Positions 57,687 to 64,000 of a stretch of 64,000 nucleotides of DNA are shown here, one piece after another (within the stretch, counting starts at the first letter, position 1; every line of letters begins with the position of its first letter). Both the position numbers and the translations under genes were made by a program. Origin of the DNA: Eledone cirrhosa (lineage: Eukaryota). The notes beneath the pieces are model-generated. The model ran no database searches and had not been told where the DNA came from. It worked only from the letters and a program-made list of their open reading frames with translations. The stretch is from assembly GCA_964016885.1 (NCBI GenBank), contig OZ024743.1:300700001-300764000 (forward strand). Reading direction: 5' to 3'.

Positions 57687-57770
<84 letters not shown>

Positions 57771-60700
57771 TAGATACTTGCATACATATATACTACATAC
57801 TTACAAATACATGGATAGGTGTAGATACGTGCAGAGAACCCTATTAACGAGTGATTTGGAAACAGAGGAAAATAGTATATATCTTGTTCGAAAAGCTGGA
57901 AAACAGATGATAGTTGAATAGATATATTATAGATGGTAGAGAATCAGTGAAATCTGAAGAGATGACAAAATGCTGCACACGTTTTAAGAAACGACATTTT
58001 TCCTCACGAAAATGTACTTAGATATTTCATCAAAATGCATATTTATTCAATTTCTCTATGATCAATATTTCTCACATGAAATAGAATATATTCTTTGTTC
58101 TATATTCCATTTCCTCTCATAAGTATTTGAGCAATATTATCCTCAATTTCTCCTAGTTCTAAATATGTATATTTTCCAATGTCGAAAATATATTCGTCGA
58201 TGTTTCTTTTTTATTTTCATTTAATACCATGTACTCCAGATGCCTTTCGGCCTTTCATTTTGCACATTTCACGAACTGCGGCCTCACTGAAACCTTCTAA
58301 CAGTAAATATAAATAAACAATCTAAATATATAATTGCTCTTCTTGCAATGGAAAACAGAATTCAACAGAAATAATTAAATCACATGATATTAGATCATAT
58401 ATGCCGTTACCTAGTCAGCTAGAAATAACTGATAACTCTGAAAGCAGAAGTTACTGTCTTAAAAAGATTGATGAGTGCACTTAATATTGCAGTGCTTTAT
58501 ACGGGCTATTTGAATAAAAAATGACATTTTGTTTATGGTTGGAATGCATTTGATAATAGATTTGCTCTATAAGGTCGGGCACATGATCATACAACACTAA
58601 TATAAACCGTAGATGAAATGGCATCGGTTACATTAGATCAAAGTATAGAGCAAACAAAATGCTTATTACGTGGAACTAGAGTGGAAATAAGGTGGGACAT
58701 ACTTCTGTATTATTGGGGCTTCCAGATTGAGATATAGGTACATTTTACATTTTTTGACGTTACATTTGACTAAAAGGTCAATATAATTTATGAAGTGGTG
58801 TCTGCCATAAATGATAATCACGTTTCTCACGAATATTTTTACTTTCTTTCTTAACGCTGTCTACATCAAATGTGTACTGTCCCTAACTTACACAAGCAGG
58901 ATCTCCAAATGTATTGTAGTAACTAAATAATAATTTTGTCTGTAATGTTTCTTCAATCATTACAAGCAGTAGACAACTTGTAGTTAAGCCAACACATACA
59001 CAACGCCGCCTGCAACGTATAATTAACAATTGTAGTTTCTAAAATTTAGTTGATGTTTTTGAATGTTTTACGATCTTCCTACAAAACATCGTGACTTACG
59101 GCCACTCTAAGCGGTGCTACTCACAGCCACTTACATTCCAAACATAATCTATTTCCACACTGCTTAGTAATATCGACTCTGAAGAACTAGAACATATTCA
59201 GGTTACTTAATACTTGCAGCGTATGATTCATCAAGTGGTTATAATTTCATTTACATTTTGAATCTTCAATAGTATTCGGCTTGTTGGCTTCTATTTTTAT
59301 TTTTTGATAATATAATTAAAATATAATTCGAAGATGGAATTCTCGGAATACGTACAATTCGTTCCAAAACACTCAATGGGATTTAACTATAGCTTAAATT
59401 CTAGGTTCAAATACCCATGAAGTGTACTTCACACTTCCTAATATTAAAGACAATTAAACTCTACTAAACATCTTGTTTTGAAATATATGAACTATTTTTT
59501 TTCCACAATATATATTTTTGCGGTTTTATTATATACATTATTAAACTCAATCGAAGTTAAAATTTTGTCATGACCAATTTTGTGACTTTCTCATTTTAGG
59601 CTGCATAAAATAATTATCGAAGTACCGGATTCATTTGCTAGAGAGTATGATGTAAAAGTTTAAATTATAATTGGGCCGAGGGACTAACTAATTACTAGAA
59701 CCCTAGAGGTGACAGATTAAATAACAATGAGGTCCAGCACTTCACTGATACTTATCAGTTTCCGGAATAACAAATCCAAGGTTAGCTTGATTGAGAATTA
59801 TAATCTGAAACTTGGAATGAATAATTTAAAATAACAAATGATTTGACATTCAGGTGACATCCATGGGTATTTGAACTCAGAGAACATAAAGCCGAAACTG
59901 ATACCTCAAAGCCTTATATCCGATATTCTGACGACTTTTCCAATTCACCGCCTCCATTACTTTAAGAACAAAATCAAAATAGAAACTAAAGCTGTTGTAT
60001 ATAGAGCAATATATGCGTATTATACAAATTAAATTCGATTATTTTGGTAATATTTATGTGACGATATATTAAGTTAATGCAATTTAAGACAACTGAACAA
60101 TATCTTCTTACACCTAAGTTTATTAATGTAATATAAATCAAACCATTTTGAGTTGTTTAAAACCTATATGTTAAAACCACTTCTATACGTATTTGTAGAT
60201 CTTAAGTATGCAATGTTTCTGAGTATTTCATTGCTTCCTATATCGTATTCTCTTTTATATTTTTAATTATTTTTCTCGTCATTCAATTCTGTTTAGGATT
60301 ATTTCTCATAGCGATATTAAGATATATAAAACATAGAAACACTTTGCTTGCTGCTTAATCAATAAGAACTAAATCATATTCACTGTAGTTCTCTTCTTTC
60401 AGGTTTGAATACAATCACATAAAATAATGTTCTTTTGAAGATAGTTTTAGGAGACACATTAGAGTACACTTTCATCATTTAATTTTCTATGATCTTTTTT
60501 CCTATGTCAAATGGTTAGCGGGAAAATGTTCTTGTAGAAAAATCATGGAAGACATTCTTATTTTAAAGATCTTTGCTTTGCATATCAGAAGGTTAGCAGG
60601 TATATCGGTATCAAATTATTTCCTTCATTCTTTCATGAAGCCGGTATATCAATGTAAACACTTGCAGTTTGGTGAAGATGATTCTTTATTTCTATAATGT

Positions 60701-60898
60701 CTATTAATAATGTCTATGATCTTATTGAGGTCATATAAAACGATCGATACGTATTGGTAGAAACGAACAATCTGGAGCAGGACATTTTATTCCCTCGTTG
60801 CTCCAGGCCAATCCGCTGGTAAGAATGAGTTGTGCCAGTAATTCGAAAACCAGCCCAGTCACAATCTGTGTCACGCTGAATCTCACTGAGAAGTACGT

Positions 60899-60929
<31 letters not shown>

Positions 60930-62479
60930 GCGAGAGAGAGAGATTGAGAGAGACAGAGATAGAAAGAGAGAGAGAGAGATATATATATGACTACAATTAA
61001 TATGGAAAAATATTTTGCAGAGAGATAGTTAATTTTGAATCAAACATCCACAAGATAGAATGAAAATATATTTTCACATCTCTATAACGATAAATGATTG
61101 AAAATATTGACTTTTAAGTTGTGTGTCCACATTGGACACACAGTGAACACATTTGTGTCTGATATTACTTGACAGTTTCTGTTTAGTTGATACTCTCATG
61201 TATCGCAGCATGTCATTTGAGGCTAATGTACGATAACTGCAACATATATTCCTTCGTATAAGTATTTTATGATAATATGGCATATCCTTCTCATATGTAG
61301 TTTATATTTCATTTAATCGACATTCTGGGGTTTAAAAGTCTCCTGAGTCTGATTTGCAACAGATATTCAAATCAATCCTACAGTTTATATGACAACTTGA
61401 TGATGCCTTTAAATAGTCTTTGTAGTGCTGGGCTTTCCCGTGCCACGGGAGACTAATGTAGCAACATAACAAAATGTAAATTTTCAATATAGATATGTAG
61501 GTAGTTTCAGACTGTGAGCGGTACGAATTCCTCCTTTGTTTTCTGTTCATAAATGTGTGGATGGGACGGTAAAATGAATAAGCATTGGTGTTCTTTTGGT
61601 GGCGGCCATTGTTGATGATGGCGGTGAAAGGTTTCTGGGGGTGCTCTATTTATCTCTATTTGTCAGGAAGTAGAATTGATTAAACTACTCACGTTTTAGT
61701 GGTACCAGGCTAACCCTTCCAAAAGACGATGAGAGTGTAATCGTATTGTCAAATTAAGAAATACTCCGGGGTATTTGAAGTATCAATCACGATATATGAA
61801 TACACAAACTAGTGCAAATCATTATTTCTAGAGAAATAATTTGGCTTCTTTTCCGGTTGAGTAATTTTAAAATCTGAGCCATGTACATGACATGCGTGTG
61901 ATAAAGTCATCAATGATGAAGTCCGTGAAGGACATTTTTACAATTACATTTAACCCGTGTAATTCGGCTAGCGAAATTGGTAGACTAAAATAGTAAATAG
62001 AGGATGGGAGAAATTGATACATGGTAGCTATATGTTTATATTACAAATGCATAGGAGAGAACATGCATGATGGAAGCAGGGTAAGAAAATATTATACATG
62101 TCAAAGCAATGAGGACATTTACTTACTAGTTTGGACAGTTTAGCTAGGTTAAAGAAATATATGTCGAAGGTGAATAATCCTTTTTGATTTTAAGGTCGGT
62201 AGGGTGATTACATTCTGATAAGAATGTGCTATTGTTATCAATGTGCTATTTTTATGAATGTGCTAATAGAGTAAACTATACAAAATCCAGTTAAGTTAGC
62301 CCAAGTGGATGTAAGCGTGAGCGCCTCTAAAGCACGAATGAGACACGTGATATTAAACTGGAAAGCTTTATGAAGCCTATGACATAAAAATATCGACTAT
62401 ATTTATTTCCAACTTTAACATAACACCTAATTCCATTAACTGCAATATGTCTCGCATATCATTATTCGATATGTGCTAG

Positions 62480-62662
62480 GCTGGTGAATTGGCAGTACCG
62501 GTAGAAAGTCGTGTTTTGTAGCATAGATTTACGGCCGTTTACGGTCTGAGTTCAAATCCCACCGAAGTTAAAATGAAGCACCAGTAACGTACTGGGTCGA
62601 TTTAATTGACTTTCCCTTCAGCCCAACTTACTGGTTTTGTGCCTATAGTAGAAATCATTATT
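62480..62662 (+). mobile_element. Older SINE copy
   Basis: ggtgaattggcagtaccggtag...gagttcaaatcccaccga...tgtgcctatagtagaaatcattatt. Confidence 0.7.
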
Positions 62663-63421
62663 CAATATGAGCACTTTTAAAGAATGTGTTATAAGTATTG
62701 GGGATGAAGGTATTAATAATCCTTGTAGATTGAACGACCACTCAGAAATCGCATGCTGCTTTGTTAAATTTGTATCTAATATAAAAAAAACACTTGGAAT
62801 AATGTTTAGGTTCTGAGTTCAAGTCCCGATTGAGGGCGAATTTGAAAATGGATTTTTTTTTTTTTTTGACATAATTGTTATATAGGTACCGCAATTACAT
62901 TGTGTGAAGTAAACACATCTTCCAATGTATTATATCTACGATAATTACTAATCGCCTTTGGCTATATGATTTTTAATAGAGGAAAACGAAAGAGATGAAA
63001 ATCCCTCAGACAATATTAATGTAACCTATCTAAAATACATATGTACATATAAATATGTACATTCTAAAATACAGAGTAAGCTCATTAAACATATTCTGGA
63101 TGTTATAGATAAAGTTATGAAATCATGATTCTTTGATATTGAAAAGGAAATATAAAGATAATAATAGAAGAATAAATAAGCAAAAATATATATTAAAATA
63201 TAAACATGACGCACGGGGCTTTAATAATATAGTGTAGAAAAACATATAGTATTATGAAAATAAATCCAGGTGATCTTTATCTGAACATTTCCGAGCACCA
63301 TAAATAAAATTCCATTGACCGGAAAACACATGTAAGTCGAAGGTTGGATCCATAGGAAATAAAGATCTTGGAACGTTTTATCTATAGATATTACTACATG
63401 GTTTTGTTATTTTCATCAGCC

Positions 63422-63469
<48 letters not shown>

Positions 63470-63472
<3 letters not shown>

Positions 63473-64000
63473 TAAGTGAGGGTTTTTTTACAAATTGAAA
63501 ATTAACCGAGGTGTCCTACACGAGTGAAAGTATAAAGAAAAAGAGATGAAATCGAAAATGCATATCTTTGCTGTCTTTATTCAATAGAAAATCTGAATTC
63601 TGACACCCCAGCGAACTAACAATATTCACTGAACCAGAACAATTCTCCCATCCCTTTCTCTTGACCATTATCTTTCACTTATCATAAAATTCTCTAAAAA
63701 GGCTACAGAATGGATTTCCAAATAAGGGCACGAAAATTTAATGAAAACTTGGTCACGTGACAGCCATAATTTCATTTATAACCAAGCCCAAAAAAGCCTT
63801 CGTGAGCCCCTTTTTTCAAGTAAAAAGAAATTCAAACACCCATATATGAAAAAACAACCTGTGACAACCCCCCCCCCCCCTTTATTTGAAGAACTATTGT
63901 AACGCGAACTGGCGCGAAATCTATTATAATTATTGACAAACCAATCAAATTACTTCTCGAAAAACCTGGCATTTCGAGCCACTTTTTCCATTTAAAACAA
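63470..64000. mobile_element. Probable DNA-transposon left end, running off the window
   Basis: Begins right after (TA)n and shares a terminal segment in inverted orientation, and an internal segment in direct orientation, with 30950-31232. Confidence 0.5.

Noticed and set aside
58235-58295. Minus-strand tga-ggcc...ggcc-gaaa motif, or a possible micro-exon
   Set aside because: The CUGA box is missing and the peptide has no CCN similarity.
60770-61560. Short minus-strand ORFs as upstream CCN exons
   Set aside because: No TSP1 (WSxCSxTCG), VWC or IGFBP cysteine pattern; possibly an old TE remnant.

Overview
AT-rich, microsatellite-dense animal genomic DNA. The repeat landscape suggests a cephalopod such as an octopus, which is an inference. 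It is almost entirely decayed retrotransposon sequence: five + strand Tx1/L1-clade LINEs from two families, two tandem R4/Dong-like elements on the - strand, two Penelope-like (PLE) ORF remnants, an RTE-like fragment, several tRNA-derived Meta-domain SINEs, and MITE/DNA-transposon fragments. The only host coding sequence I recognise is the terminal cystine-knot exon of a CCN-family gene (42294-42569, - strand). Three observations stand out. First, there is a set of long fold-back palindromes in or next to (TA)n tracts, several of which contain or adjoin hammerhead-ribozyme cores, including variants with very long stem II on both strands. Second, a splice-donor / pyrimidine-tract / acceptor cassette sits between ORF1 and ORF2 in two divergent Tx1 families. 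Third, one Tx1 family appears to target (TC)n/(TATC)n microsatellites. Element boundaries were read by eye and are approximate.
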